64,000 bases of DNA from Ranitomeya imitator. Its lineage: Eukaryota. Below are positions 1 through 11,924 of the stretch, in pieces; position 1 is the first letter of the stretch, and every line of letters begins with the position of its first letter. Location of the stretch: positions 199,764,001 to 199,828,000 of the forward strand of contig NC_091289.1 in NCBI RefSeq assembly GCF_032444005.1, in the 5' to 3' direction. Below the pieces are notes generated by a model. That model had not been told where the DNA came from, did not search any database, and worked only from the letters and a program-made list of their open reading frames with translations. The position numbers and the translations under genes were made by a program.

Positions 1-6
1 TAATGC

Positions 7-600
7 CACAGTGATGGCGTCACATAATGCCACCTGAACACGGAGCGCCCAGATTCTCCACCTGGAGATCATGAATAGTCATCTCGTCTCTGCTCCAATT
101 ATTCTGCTTTCTGACCCAGTGGAAAGTTTTCAAAAGTAAGAAAGAATTGTATCAGGAAAAATAATTTCCGCCTGCTATAAATAATACCGCTAATCAGTGC
201 AGGACCGGGGGTAGATTTAGGGGAAATGCGCATTTGTTGAACGCTGGACAATTATTTATATTGTTACTTAAATGGGTCGTCATGTGTAACATACTGTTAG
301 TTCTCAGACTCCTGTAATAACAAGTCGAGCTTTCCAATCACTGAGCTCGGCCAATGTAGACGGCATGAGCCGCTGCGCTCAGTGATTGGCTGCAGTGGTG
401 GAGACACAGCAGGATCTCAGGATGAGAAATGGGTTAACAATATTCTAAACTGGACAACCCCTTTAGATGCAGATATTTTTCTTGGGATTGGTTCGGCTTT
501 TGGAGCGTTTGCTTTTACGGGTTCTTCATTTCCTGGACGTCGTTAGCTGCGGAGGGAACGGACAATTTGTCGTTATTCTTTTATCTTTCTTTTTCTAAAC
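7..600 (+). repeat. Local duplicated segment, copy 1 (copy 2 at ~3441-4105)
   Basis: 7-~250 aligns to 3441-~3680 at offset 3434. 334-432 aligns to 3732-3830 at offset 3398, with weaker similarity continuing to ~600/4105. Confidence 0.85.
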
Positions 601-1290
601 TGGTTTGTGACCCCATGGCAGTTCTGCAATTCATACAAATAATTACACTGACGTGTATCCACTAAACACTATACGCCTACAAATATGATACACACCCAAT
701 ATATGTATAAAGGTACATCATTTATTATTGACAAGATAATTAGAACATTAGTAAACACAGAAGGGAGAAGCCTCCACCATCCAGGGGCATGAATGACAAA
801 CACACGAAATAACCAGGTCAGACCAGTAAGTACAGAGATATCAATAAATAATAGTACATGCTATTTATCATACTGTCCACCTCTGGTTATTAATCACTTC
901 ATATATAGGTTCAGCAGAGCTATGAGTAAGATGACTTTGCGTATAGATATATTGCTGCGCATAGATATAAATTGATACATAGTTACTACATATATAGGAT
1001 ATAATGGAAATCTACTCTAACCACAGAATTCTATAGTAAAAGATAACAGGTATATTTAAATGAAATTCCATTCTGGAAAAGAAAGTGAACGCAGTGCATT
1101 ATGAATAAAATAGAATAAATAGGGGAGAGATCAATAGCAATAATACATTCTAGAGCGTGACGATATTAAATACCCATCTATTAAGACACAATGGAGCCAG
1201 TGCTTGTCAGATCATCATTGCGCAAGCAGAGAGACGTCATGATGGTAGATTGCCAAAGGCGTCCATACCCCAGTAGTGGACCCCCCACGG

Positions 1291-1324
1291 CCCGACGCGC
1301 GTTTCGCCTTAGCTTTGACAAGGG
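1291..1324 (-). ncRNA. Degenerate minimal type-I hammerhead-like motif, probably within a Penelope-like retroelement remnant (~660-1400)
   Basis: The minus strand reads CCC-TTGTCAA-AGCTAAGGC-GAAAC-GCGC-GTC-GGG: closing CCC/GGG stem, GAAAC core, palindromic GCGC loop and GUC triplet. The first core half deviates from CUGANGA. Confidence 0.45.
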
Positions 1325-1739
1325 ATGGGCTATTTAATATTGTCACTCTCTAGAATTTATTATAGCCATTGATCCACTCTCCTGAATAGATGACTACTCC
1401 ACCCAGCCTCCTCTTACATGAAATGATGGGCCCAGGAAGGGTATGATCTGTGAATTCACAGCCAGGACGTTGATTATTTCCTTGCCAGGACGTCTGGTAA
1501 ATGTCATCCTGCATGGATTGTGAGTAATCAGTGGAGATTCCTCATCTTCTTCACCTCACTGATCGCAGAGTGTGAACCAGCGCTTGGTGGTTGGCACCTA
1601 ATGGAGATACAGATATAAATGGCTCCCTCCATTGTGATCCACGGCATGGTTCAAGTAGAGCGAGGCGTCCGACGAGGCAGCACCGTGTCACCATCTTGTC
1701 AGGGAGACTGGACTTACCGAAAAAGAAGAAGGAATCGAG

Positions 1740-3150
1740 ATTTCTGGACGAATCATCAACAATCTTAAATATGGAGATGATACAACATTGATAGTAACAA
1801 GGGAAGATGGAATGAAGGACGTATTAGCGAGTGTCAAGATGGAAAGCTCCAGCATGGAAGACAACGATACTGACCACTACCAGGTATGACCGGGACACAT
1901 CTGAGATGGACGACCATGAACTGGAAGTAGTCCAGGACTTCAACCTACTGGGTCAATGATCACCCAAGATGCAGCGATGACACCGGAAGTCAATAGAACA
2001 AGACAGAAGAAGAATCGACGCCTTCAAAATGTGGTGGAGAAGGATGTTATCAATACCACGGATGGCAAGAAGGAGACATCAAGCCAGACATGTCACTGTA
2101 AGCAAGGATGACCGAGTTACCACCTGTGGACACATCTGAGATGGACGACCATGAACTGGAAGTAGTCCAGGACTTCAACCTACTGGGTCAATGATCACCC
2201 AAGATGCAGCGATGACACCGGAAGTCAATAGAACAAGACAGAAGAAGAATCGACGCCTTCAAAATGTGGTGGAGAAGGATGTTATCAATACCACGGATGG
2301 CAAGAAGGAGACATCAAGCCAGACATGTCACTGTAAGCAAGGATGACCGAGTTACCACCTGTGGACACATCTGAGATGGACGACCATGAACTGGAAGTAG
2401 TCCAGGACTTCAACCTACTGGGTCAATGATCACCCAAGATGCAGCGATGACACCGGAAGTCAATAGAACAAGACAGAAGAAGAATCGACGCCTTCAAAAT
2501 GTGGTGGAGAAGGATGTTATCAATACCACGGATGGCAAGAAGGAGACATCAAGCCAGACATGTCACTGGAAGCAAGGATGACCGAGTTACCACCTGTGGA
2601 CACATCGGAGATGGACGACCATGAACTGGAAGTTGAAAAGGACTTCAACCTACTGGGTCAATGATCACCCAAGATGCAGCGACGACACCGGAAGTCAATA
2701 GGAGAAACGCTATGGGGAAATCACCGGACAAGGTCCTCAAATCGAGGAACATTGCACTGGTGATGAAGACTCAGCTTGTACATAGTCCGATCTTTTCTGT
2801 AGTAAAATATCGGTGCAAAACCTGAATGATCCAAGAACAAGGCAGAAGAAGAATCAACGCCTTTAAAATGTGGAGAAGGATGTTATCAATACCACGGATG
2901 GCAAGAAGAAGAAATCAAGCCAGACATGTCACTGGAAGCAAGGATGACCGAGCTACCACCTGTGGACACATCGTAGGGGAAGAGCGATCACTGGAGAAAG
3001 ACATCATGGACGAAGAATAGAAGGAACAAGAGGAAGATGAAGACCAGCAACCCGACAGCAGAGAACACGCTGGTGACCGATCTAGTCTTCCTACAGAGCG
3101 TTCACCCATCAAGTCACCATGGCCGAGACCGAGCCGAAGGCCGTTAACTA
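1740..3150 (+). mobile_element. 5'-truncated RTE-clade LINE fragment with an internal 235-bp tandem amplification
   Basis: GRIINNLKYGDDTTLIV (RT (Y)ADD motif region) from ~1745, and RRINAFKMWRRMLSIP and the RRxGRP-like C-terminal region near 2830-3060. Multiple stops and frameshifts are present. Confidence 0.8.
1893..2700 (+). repeat. 235-bp tandem repeat, 3 full copies plus the start of a fourth
   Basis: GGACACATC recurs at 1893, 2128, 2363 and 2598, and the units are near-identical. Confidence 0.92.
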
Positions 3151-5812
3151 CTAATATTGTTATCCCTTCCCATACTCCGGTGCCTCCATTACTCCATGCT
3201 TTGCCGATTGGCAGCGTGACATTCGTCCTGTGTGTTCGTTAAAGGGATTTATGTAGCAAGTAAGAAGCGGACTAACAGGATCCGCTCTGTGGCAGGATCA
3301 CTGCTCCCAAATCTTGTAAGGATTCCTCTTATACCCCTGAGGCTCCGTGTGATCTGGTCGTGGAGGTTTCTCTCCTGGCCCCATTATAGGGTTATATATT
3401 GTGCTGTACACGCAGCGTCCGGCCTCGTCTGACACCATTCCACAGTGATGGCGTCACATAATGCCACCTGAACACGGAGCGCCCAGATTCTCCACCTGGA
3501 GATCATGAATAGTCATCTCGTCTCTGCTCCAATTATTCTGCTTTCTGACCCAGTGGAAAGTTTCCAAAAGTAAGAAAGACTTGTATCAGGAACAATAACC
3601 TCCGTCTGCTCTAAATAATACCGCTAATCAGTGCAGGACCGGGGGTAGATTCAGGGGAAATGCGCATTTGTTGAAGGTTGACGTTTATTTCTGTCGTCCT
3701 GTGTAATATATTGTTTGAGCCTTTCTTACATCCAATCACTGAGCTCGACCAATGTAGACGGCATGAGCCGCTGCGCTCAGTGATTGGCTGCAGCGGTGGA
3801 GACACAGCAGGATCTCAGGATGAGAAATGGGATAAAAAGATTTAAAAGGCAACAAGCCCTTTAATAACAAATATGTAGGTTAAAAGGCATTGTGGCCATT
3901 GGGTTTCCTTCAGCTTTTTGCAGCGTTCGGCTTTGGCAGTTTGTGTCCTGCACGTCGTTATCCGCAGAGTTAACTGAGAATTTGTCACTTCCACTTCCAA
4001 TAGGTGGCGCTATAGAGTTTAAGTCCTCTTTTTCTCAGAAGAGGCAATTTGCATATCAGTGAGCTCATGAGTTTATTTGACTTTTATCTTTTCTTTTTAT
4101 AAACCGATTTATCAACACATCAAAGTTCTGTTCAACACTGATGTGGTCTGTTGTTATAAATTAGCTGAGAGGAGTTTTAGGAAAAGACAGATAACAGGTA
4201 AAAACTCCCAGTCAGTTGGAGCTCACTGAAGGATTCTCAGTTAACTCAGTATGGTTCAGGAAAAAGAGAAAAACCTGTAAGAGAACAAAAGGCACAACAT
4301 TTTCTAAACGAAGTCCAATTGGAAATTATATTATAATGAGTAGCCCATAATGCCTGCATCCAAGCAGAAGACATGTCCCTGCAGGCGTCCATGTCCGTGA
4401 CGGTTTATGTAGACGGCTGTGAGAGGAGGCAGCGTCCGGCACAGTGTACGTGTAAACCTGTGATGGTGGACGTGACTGAGCGGTCCTGTTAGTGGCCACT
4501 ATGAGGTCATGACCAGGAGTTTATAAGCCGCTGCTTACCAGGATGGGGCCGGCAGCAGCCGGTTAATCATTGTCCCCCTCAGTCATTCCTGGACACGTAC
4601 AGTGCTCGTCCTGGACTAATGTCCCCCCGTGCCCCCCGGGATCTGTGCCACTGATCCAGCACTGCACTTTGAACGATGAAAAGTTGACTTTGCAGAAAAA
4701 CATTTCCTTCAAATTATATATGACGGCCCAAGGCGAAGACTCGGTGTGATGTCGCACCTGCAGCGGTTTCTGGACCCCTCGTCACCAGATTGACATTACA
4801 TTAGGGGGTGTATAGGGCACAGAGCTCTGCTCACCCCCCGGGGTCGGACTCCGCACCGTGGCTCGTTTTCACCCATCCTGTGAATACCCCATAATTGGCC
4901 ACTTTCAGAGTCCCCCACATTTTACATTTTTATTCCAGATCCACGGATATTGCTGAAAACCTGCAGAGAATCCGCCTCAGAATCCACAGCACACAGGCGT
5001 TTATTACAGATTTTCATTTCCCCATTGAACGTAATGTTAAATTCTTGTCCATTTTGCTGGTACTGGATGTCACAACTGTCATGATCCAGGCCGGGGTTTG
5101 TTTCTTGTTATTTCCTCCCCGGTGTGGTCATGCAGGGGTTAACCTTCTCTGCCTCGTTTTGGGTTCGGTGTGGCTATTTCAGTCTGCTGCGCCTGCAGAC
5201 CAATGTCAGCGATAGTTCATGCTTCCAGGCTAGAGCAGCTGACCCCTTGATACCGTGTACTCTGTTCCCATGACTTCCTTTTCCTGCCGCTTCAATTTGT
5301 CTTAGTGTTCTCTCCCTGTTCTTGGACCTCTTGGTATGTGACCCGGCTTGGCTTCTGACCTGGTTTACTGTCTCTCGTCTCGGTTACATCTGCTCCCATC
5401 TGGCTCTGACTTCTGGCTTGTATTTGACCACGTGTATTGCTGTGACATCTGGTACTTCTGGTTCTGACGGTTTCTGACTCGGCTGGTCTGACCACTATTT
5501 CACCACTTGGTGGCGCTTGTGCTGCTGCTCAGTGGTGTTATGCTGTGTGTGCAACCTCTCCTCCCTCACCAGCATCCCCTGGTGGAGGTTGTGCTATACT
5601 GCACTGCAGCAGCATTACAACATCCACACCGTGTCCATTGTCTGTGCAGTGGCCTGTGCTCAGGACAAGTTCAGCCTCTAAGTATCAGTAAAATATGGTT
5701 TCCACGTACTGACAGCAAGCAGAGGTGTGGACTCCGGGTAGGATGTGGTGCATGCTAACACTGCTTATAAATCCCGCAGGCAACTTTACCGCAGCGTGTG
5801 CTTTTCTTTCAG

Positions 5813-5974
5813 GAGCGCTGCTTTTTGACCGATCTCAGGGGTTTTGGCTCGTTCACTCCGTTCCACATTTCCCCCCATTTCCAGAAGACGGCTTCGGATA
5901 TCCTCATACCGGCAGACGCTACGGACAGGTCGCCCTGTGTGTGACATACAAGTACGAGCAGTTCAAGCAGATCG
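5813..5974 (+). CDS. DNASE2B: DNase II beta, internal coding exon (GALLFDRSQGFWLVHSVPHFPP...QFKQI)
   Basis: Flanked by tttctttcAG and GTgagc, 162 nt, phase 1-1. The peptide matches the DNase II GFWLxHSxPxFPP motif recalled from human DNASE2B. Upstream exons were not found in the window. Confidence 0.93.
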
Positions 5975-7073
5975 GTGAGCGTTCCTCTTCTATATAGGAT
6001 ATAGCAGATATCAGGACAGCGCCTCTCATGGCCACAGGATCTGTCTGGTATTGCAACCGAGCCTGGAGTAATTGGGGCTGCAATACTAGAAACAAGGAAG
6101 CAGCCATGGTCCTGGGGGGCAGCACACAAGAGGGGGGAACAATATGTCAGTATCATCTGGGCTCTAACAAGGGGCGTACATAAAACTTTGGGGACAAATA
6201 GCAAAGATCCAAATTGGGCCCCTGACTGCCATGACAGCTGTTCATGAGGTTCCCACAGTCATGTTGTGGTGGCCAAATGGGGGTGAAGCAGGTCCCTTAT
6301 GCTATTAAACCACTATGGTCACTGTTCACCACAGCACCCAGGTGTATTATTAGTGAGTGGGTGGTCGGCATTGGGCTCCCCCAACTCATGGGCCCGCTGG
6401 GTGGTCTGATGCCATTGGCGGCCCACCACTGGGCTTGTGGGGGTATTATATGTGGAGGACATGGCCGTATTGTCTAGGACAGCAGTTGTCAACCCAAACC
6501 CTAATTCACAGGAAAGACTGAAGAATGTCTCCTGTCCAAGGAGACCCCTAATCCGCCCTCATAGACGCTCGGTGTGGTGACTTTGTTTTTCCCATTTTTT
6601 TGGGGTCACATAATTTAACGTTTGTAAATTGTCCATCGGAGGCTGAAATCAGTTTCCCAACTGCGAAACCTCCACGTTTTTATCCGCACCAAAATCCACA
6701 ATAGCAATCTGCTCTGATTTATTGTTTGTTTTTCATCTTTGTGTTTTTGCTGCAGATTTGTTGCAGTCTTTATTAATGAACTTCTAGTGCAGAAATACTT
6801 GGATCCTGCACATGATTTTTATGATTTATTATTGCATTTTTACTGCCTTTTCCGGGCTCCCATAGGGAATGGACCATAACAATCATGTCCGTATCTGAGC
6901 GCACACAGGGCATCCCCTCTGATGATTTGTTAGGGGCAGATTTCTGCTGCTGAAAACCTCCACTATGTGATAGTCTGCAGGGGGATCCGCGAGGAGGGCT
7001 GCAGCCGCCCTTGGTGGACCCTCGGTGGGAGTTGGAAGCGTGGTCTATAACTAACGTTGTGTCTTCTCTTCAG

Positions 7074-7271
7074 CCGCCCAGTTGTTGTACTACAACCCCA
7101 ATGTGTACAACTGCTCCGTGCCCGACGCCTATCACCGCGACCTGTGGGGCTTGTACAGAGTTTGTCAAGATTTGCCGTTCCCCTGGATAGAGACGACGAG
7201 ACTCGCTGTCCTGGAATCGGCCCAAGGAGAATTTTTTCTGAACTTTGCAAAATCCAAATACTTTCATGACG
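7074..7271 (+). CDS. DNASE2B: DNase II beta, internal coding exon (AQLLYYNPNVYNCSVP...FLNFAKSKYFHD)
   Basis: tcttctcttcAG / GTaaat, 198 nt, keeps frame with the previous exon. NPNVYxCS and FxxFAKS motifs of DNase II are present. Confidence 0.93.
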
Positions 7272-8263
7272 GTAAATCCATCTATTGTCACTTTTTTTCT
7301 TTTAGTTTTTAGTCCTTTTTATGTTTGTCACATTCGCTATCTCTTCTCGCTGCTTGTTTTCCTTCCTCGTCACTTTTCAGGTTTGCAATGTGGGAATGGC
7401 GCTGGTTATCCAGATTCATTGTTGGCGACATTTTTTTGAAATGTCAGGTTTTATTCGCAGAATGTTACGGCGGTATCAGGGACGTACGAAGGGGAATTTA
7501 CACCGGTGCTAATACATTGCCGGCATCTCTTTCTGCATGAGCGGCAGACAATGAAATGGCGCTGGAGCTGAACGCCGGCCGGCGGAGATCTGCACGAGAA
7601 TCTACTGCAGTTTCCAGTGTAAATTATAGTTATCCGCTTTTTGCGCGGCCGTCACTTTTCAGCGCAAAAAAGCGTGAGAGGTAGAAACGTCACAAATGAT
7701 GGTGTGATTACGCAGTGCGCCATCATTTGTCACCTTTTATAATTATAGTATTATTTCTATAGCGCCAACATATTCCCCAGCGCTATAACAGAAGTCAGAT
7801 GCTGAAAATGATAAATCCGCTGAATATCTGTGTAATGCTGAAGACTAGTAAGTGACATTTTACTCTAAAAAGGGGCAAAAAAAATCATCTTTTAATTGGC
7901 ATCAAATGTATCAGCCATTGTGAACCATCACCAGCAAAGACGGAAAAACGACAAAAACTGCCCTGAATAGGGGCCTCGGTCTATAATTGCACATTGGTAT
8001 CTGACAATGCAGCAAATGCAGAAGCTGAAAGGGGGGATATTGGGACCAGTATAGAAATGGCCTGAAACCAGCAGTGAAGTAATCAGAGCCGCTGCTCCAT
8101 AGACAGGACTGTCCTGCACTCGTGATAACGGACTCCTCTCTGCTTCCCCTGACGTTGGAGAACCTGCAGTGCGAGCAGCAGATGATCACATTAATTTGTG
8201 GTTTTGCAGAATTTGGTATTACCTGGTAATGTTTCTCCTTGTAATTCCTCATCAGTCTTGGTG

Positions 8264-8348
8264 TAGGAGTCCAGTGGGCGGGCCTACACACTGATTGACG
8301 GCTATCTCTCTATACATATTTTCACAAGGCCCGCCCACTGGACTCCTA
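8264..8348. repeat. Perfect 22-bp inverted repeat (MITE-internal hairpin); related copy at ~33222-33312
   Basis: TAGGAGTCCAGTGGGCGGGCCT ... AGGCCCGCCCACTGGACTCCTA. Confidence 0.7.
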
Positions 8349-8414
8349 AGACCCTATAAAACTGGAATTTAAATAAAATGCAATTTATTCTAAATCTTTT
8401 CCTACAAGCCTATA

Positions 8415-10019
8415 CACTACCATTCAAAAGTTTAGGGTCACCCAGACAATTTTGTGTTTTCCATGGTAACTCATACTTTTATTAATCCAATGAGTTGCCA
8501 AATGAATGTAAAATCTAGTCCAGACATTAAGGTTCGAAAAAAAGATTTTTATTTGAAATAATAATTTTCTCCTTCAATCTTTGTATTCATCACAGAATGC
8601 TCCTTTGCAGCAATTCCAGCATTGCAGACATTTGGCATTCTAGCAGTTAATTTGAGGAGGTAATCTGGAGAAGTTTCCCCCCCCCCATGCTTCCAGAAGC
8701 CCCTCACAAGTTGGTTTGGTTGATGGACACTTTCTGCACCATACGGTCAAGCTGCTCCCACCACAGCTCAATGGTGCTGAGATCTGGTGACTGCGCTGGC
8801 CGCTCCATTACACATAGATACCAGCTGCTGCTTCTTCCCTAAATAGTTCCTGCATAATTTGGAGGTGGCTTTGGGTCCTTGTTCTGTTGTAGGATGAAAT
8901 TGGCTCCAATCAAGCGCTGTCCACAGGGTATGACCTGGCAATGCAAAATGGAGTGATAGCCTTCCTTATTCAATATCCCTTTTACCTTGTACAAATCTCC
9001 CACTTTACCAGCACCAAAGCAGCCCCAGACCATCACATTACCTCCACCATGCTTGACAGATGGCGTCACACTCTTCCAGCATCTTTTCAGTTGTTTTGCG
9101 TCTCACAAATGTTCTTCTGTGTGATCCAATCACCTCACACTTGGATTCGTCTGTCCATAACACTTTTTTCCAATCTTCCTCTGTCCAATGTCTGTGTTCT
9201 TTTGCCCATATTAATCTTTTCCTTTTATTAGCCAGTCTCAGATATGGCTTTTTCTTTGCCGCTCTGCCCTGAAGGGCAGCATCCTGGAGTCGCCTCTTCA
9301 CTGTAGACGTTGACACTGGCGTTTTGCGTGTAATATTTTAATGAAGCTGCCAGTTGAGGACCTGTGAGGCGTCGATTTCTCACTACAGACTCTAATGTAC
9401 TTGTCTTGTTGCTCAGTTGTGCAGCGCGGCCTCACACTTCTCTTTCTACTGTGGTTAGAGCCTGTTTGTGCTCTCCTCTGAAGGGAGTAGTACACACCGT
9501 TGTAGAAAATCTTCAGTTTCTTGGCAATTTCTCACATGGAATAGTCTTCATTTCTAAGAACAAGAATAGACTGTCGAGTTTCCCATGAAAGTTCTTTTTT
9601 TTTCTGGCCATTTCAAGAGTTTAATGGAACCAACAAATGTAATGCTCCAGATTCTTAACTAGCTCAAAGGAAGGTCAGGTTTATAGGTTCTCGAATCAGC
9701 CAAACTGTTTTCAGCTGTGCTAACATACTTGCCCAAGGGTTTTCAAGGGTATTCTAACCATCCATTAGCTTTCTTACACAGTTAGCACAAAGTACCATAA
9801 GAACACTGGAGTGATGGTTGTTGGAAATGGGCCTCTATACACCTATGAAGATATTGCATTACAAACCAGACGTCTGCAGCTAGAATAGTCATTTACCACA
9901 TTAACAATGTACAGAGTGTATTTCTGAATCATTTAGTGTTAGCTTCATTGGAAAAAACTGTGCTTTTCTTTCAAAAATAAGGAAATTTCTAGGTGACCCT
10001 AAACTTTTGAACGGTAGTG
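8415..10019 (-). mobile_element. Tc1-family DNA transposon, full-length but decayed, in the last DNASE2B intron
   Basis: TIRs CACTACCaTTCAAAAGTTTAGGGTCACC and its reverse complement, with TA on both sides. The transposase is fragmented (AAKKKPYL, VLWTDESK, VKHGGGNVMVWGCF, QQNKDPK). Confidence 0.93.
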
Positions 10020-10184
10020 TACATCAATCAGCTCCAGCTGTGTAACACGCAGCCGTAGATCAGACACCGCGTTCAGTGTGTTCCGTTTTAGGTCCCCAGT
10101 CCACCCCCATTTTCAGACAGGACGTGGCTATTATACCGCTACTTATAAACAGGCTTTTTTTCTTGTATACTTTTTCTCCGACAG

Positions 10185-10522
10185 ATATAGTCACCGCCTG
10201 GATGGCTCAGAAACTGCAGACGGATTTATTGGCAGAAACATGGCAGCCAACGGGCATAGAGGTTCCCTCAAACTGCACGCTGCCCCGGCATGTCTACACC
10301 ATCAAGAGGATCAAAGTCGCCAACCACTCCTTCTACTCCCGCCAAGATCACTCCAAATGGTGCGTCTCCAGGCCACGCGCAGACACGTGGACGTGTATCG
10401 GAGACCTGAACCGATACGCCGAGCAGATCTGGAGGAGCGGAGGCTTCGTCTGCACCCAAAACAAGCTCCTTTACTCCGCATTCAGCAGCATTGTGGCGTA
10501 CTACAGCGACTGTAGAAAATAA
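10185..10522 (+). CDS. DNASE2B: DNase II beta, last coding exon (DIVTAWMAQKLQ...QDHSKWC...WTCIGDLNR...YYSDCRK*)
   Basis: tttttctccgacAG acceptor, stop TAA at 10520-10522. It contains the catalytic DHSKW motif and CIGDLNR. Its position directly upstream of RPF1 fits DNASE2B rather than DNASE2. Confidence 0.95.
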
Positions 10523-11561
10523 GTCCTGGCGGGAAATCAGAACGGTTCACCTGTGTGACGGTATAATCAATATCCCGCTACTGCTCAGTATAGACGGCTG
10601 TGCCTGCTCATCCTCCTCTCTGGTGGACCCGGGCGTCCACGCGTCAGGCCCAGTAATGCTGGAGGAGCAGTGTGCCCAGATGTGGCGGCCGCCAGCATCA
10701 TCTGATGACCTGCAGAGGCTGCACCACAGCCATCAGCGGCTCCAGCTTCAATAGGCCAGGTTCACACATAAAATCTGTAGCATTTTTACATTACACAGCA
10801 AAGTGCATGAGTTTTAACTTGTGCACACGTTTAGTATCTGCAGCACATTTTTCTACTTAAAAAACTAGAATGTCGGTAGGAAAAATGCTGTGTAAAATCT
10901 GTCAGTTTCTGGGAATTTTTTTAAGCATTATTACTTGTGTTTTTCTCCAACATATATTTGTATGGCTAAAAAACGCGGCAAAAACACTGAATTAACATGC
11001 TGCAGATCTGACAAAAAAAAAACATGTTGATAGTTTAGATCTTTAAATAGGCAGAATGTGCCTGAGATTTTAGAAAAAAAATTTAATGTGTGTACGAGTG
11101 GAAAATATGCATGGATTTTAGATGCAAAAATGCTGCAGATCAGTTCAGAATCTGCACCAAGTGCACAACCTGTGAGTCCGGCCTCGATCATCCAACCTAC
11201 CGAGCAGAGAGAGCAGCTACATACTGACAATAGGATTTATAACCCTCCGGACAGAACAGTAAAGCTCATAAGACCCATAAGGGCAGATGTGCTCCATGGC
11301 CTTAATGGCTCCCGGGCAGAGACCGTCTGGGATTATAGCAGCACATACTAGATGTCAGCACTGCGGCAACGTGTTCATTAGAGCCGAGTACAGTACAATT
11401 ATCATCATATTAGAATATGAGGCAGCACATGCAGCAGATGGATTTGTAAGATAAAACCATATGGCCAATTGTTTTATCTGGAAATTTCTATCTGCATAAA
11501 CGGTCAGCCATAAACGTAGCTGTAATATCAGCCGCCCCAATGTTAGACAGTATCCTCATAT

Positions 11562-11924
11562 CTCTGCAGAGTCACCCTTGTAGGCACTCTGCATAGTCAT
11601 ACTTGTAGGCGCTCTGCATAGTCACCCTTGTTGGCTCTCTGCATAGTCACCCTTGTTGGCTCTCTGCATAGTCACCCTTGTAGATGCTCTGCAGTCACCC
11701 TTGTAGGCGCTCTGCATAGTCACCCTTGTAGGAGCTCTGCAGTCACCCTTGTAGGCGCTCTGCAGTCACCCTTGTAGGCACTCTGCATAGTCATACCTGG
11801 AGGCGCTCTGCACAGTCACCCTTGTTGGCTCTCTGCATAGTCACCCTTGTAGGCGCTCTGCACAGTCACATTTGTAGGCGCTCTGCATAGTCACACTTTG
11901 AGGCGCTCTGCATAGTCACACTTG
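11562..11924. repeat. 23-25-bp minisatellite (AGTCACCCTTGTAGGCGCTCTGCAT), ~15 copies
   Basis: Direct reading of the tandem units. Confidence 0.9.

Noticed and set aside
4563-4757. Minus-strand 64-codon ORF (…PWAVIYNLKEMFFCKV…CTCPG) with a nearby GTAAG donor-like site
   Set aside because: The upstream AG has no pyrimidine tract, I recognise no homology (not UOX, not DNASE2B exon 3), and the length is within chance expectation. BLASTX would settle it.
5073-5505. Possible solo-LTR starting TGTCATGATCC
   Set aside because: No matching ...ACA end, TSD, PBS or PPT could be identified.
1-5812. DNASE2B exon carrying the first catalytic GHxKG motif
   Set aside because: I searched for a YND...GHxKG exon with splice sites and found none. 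It is presumably upstream of the window.
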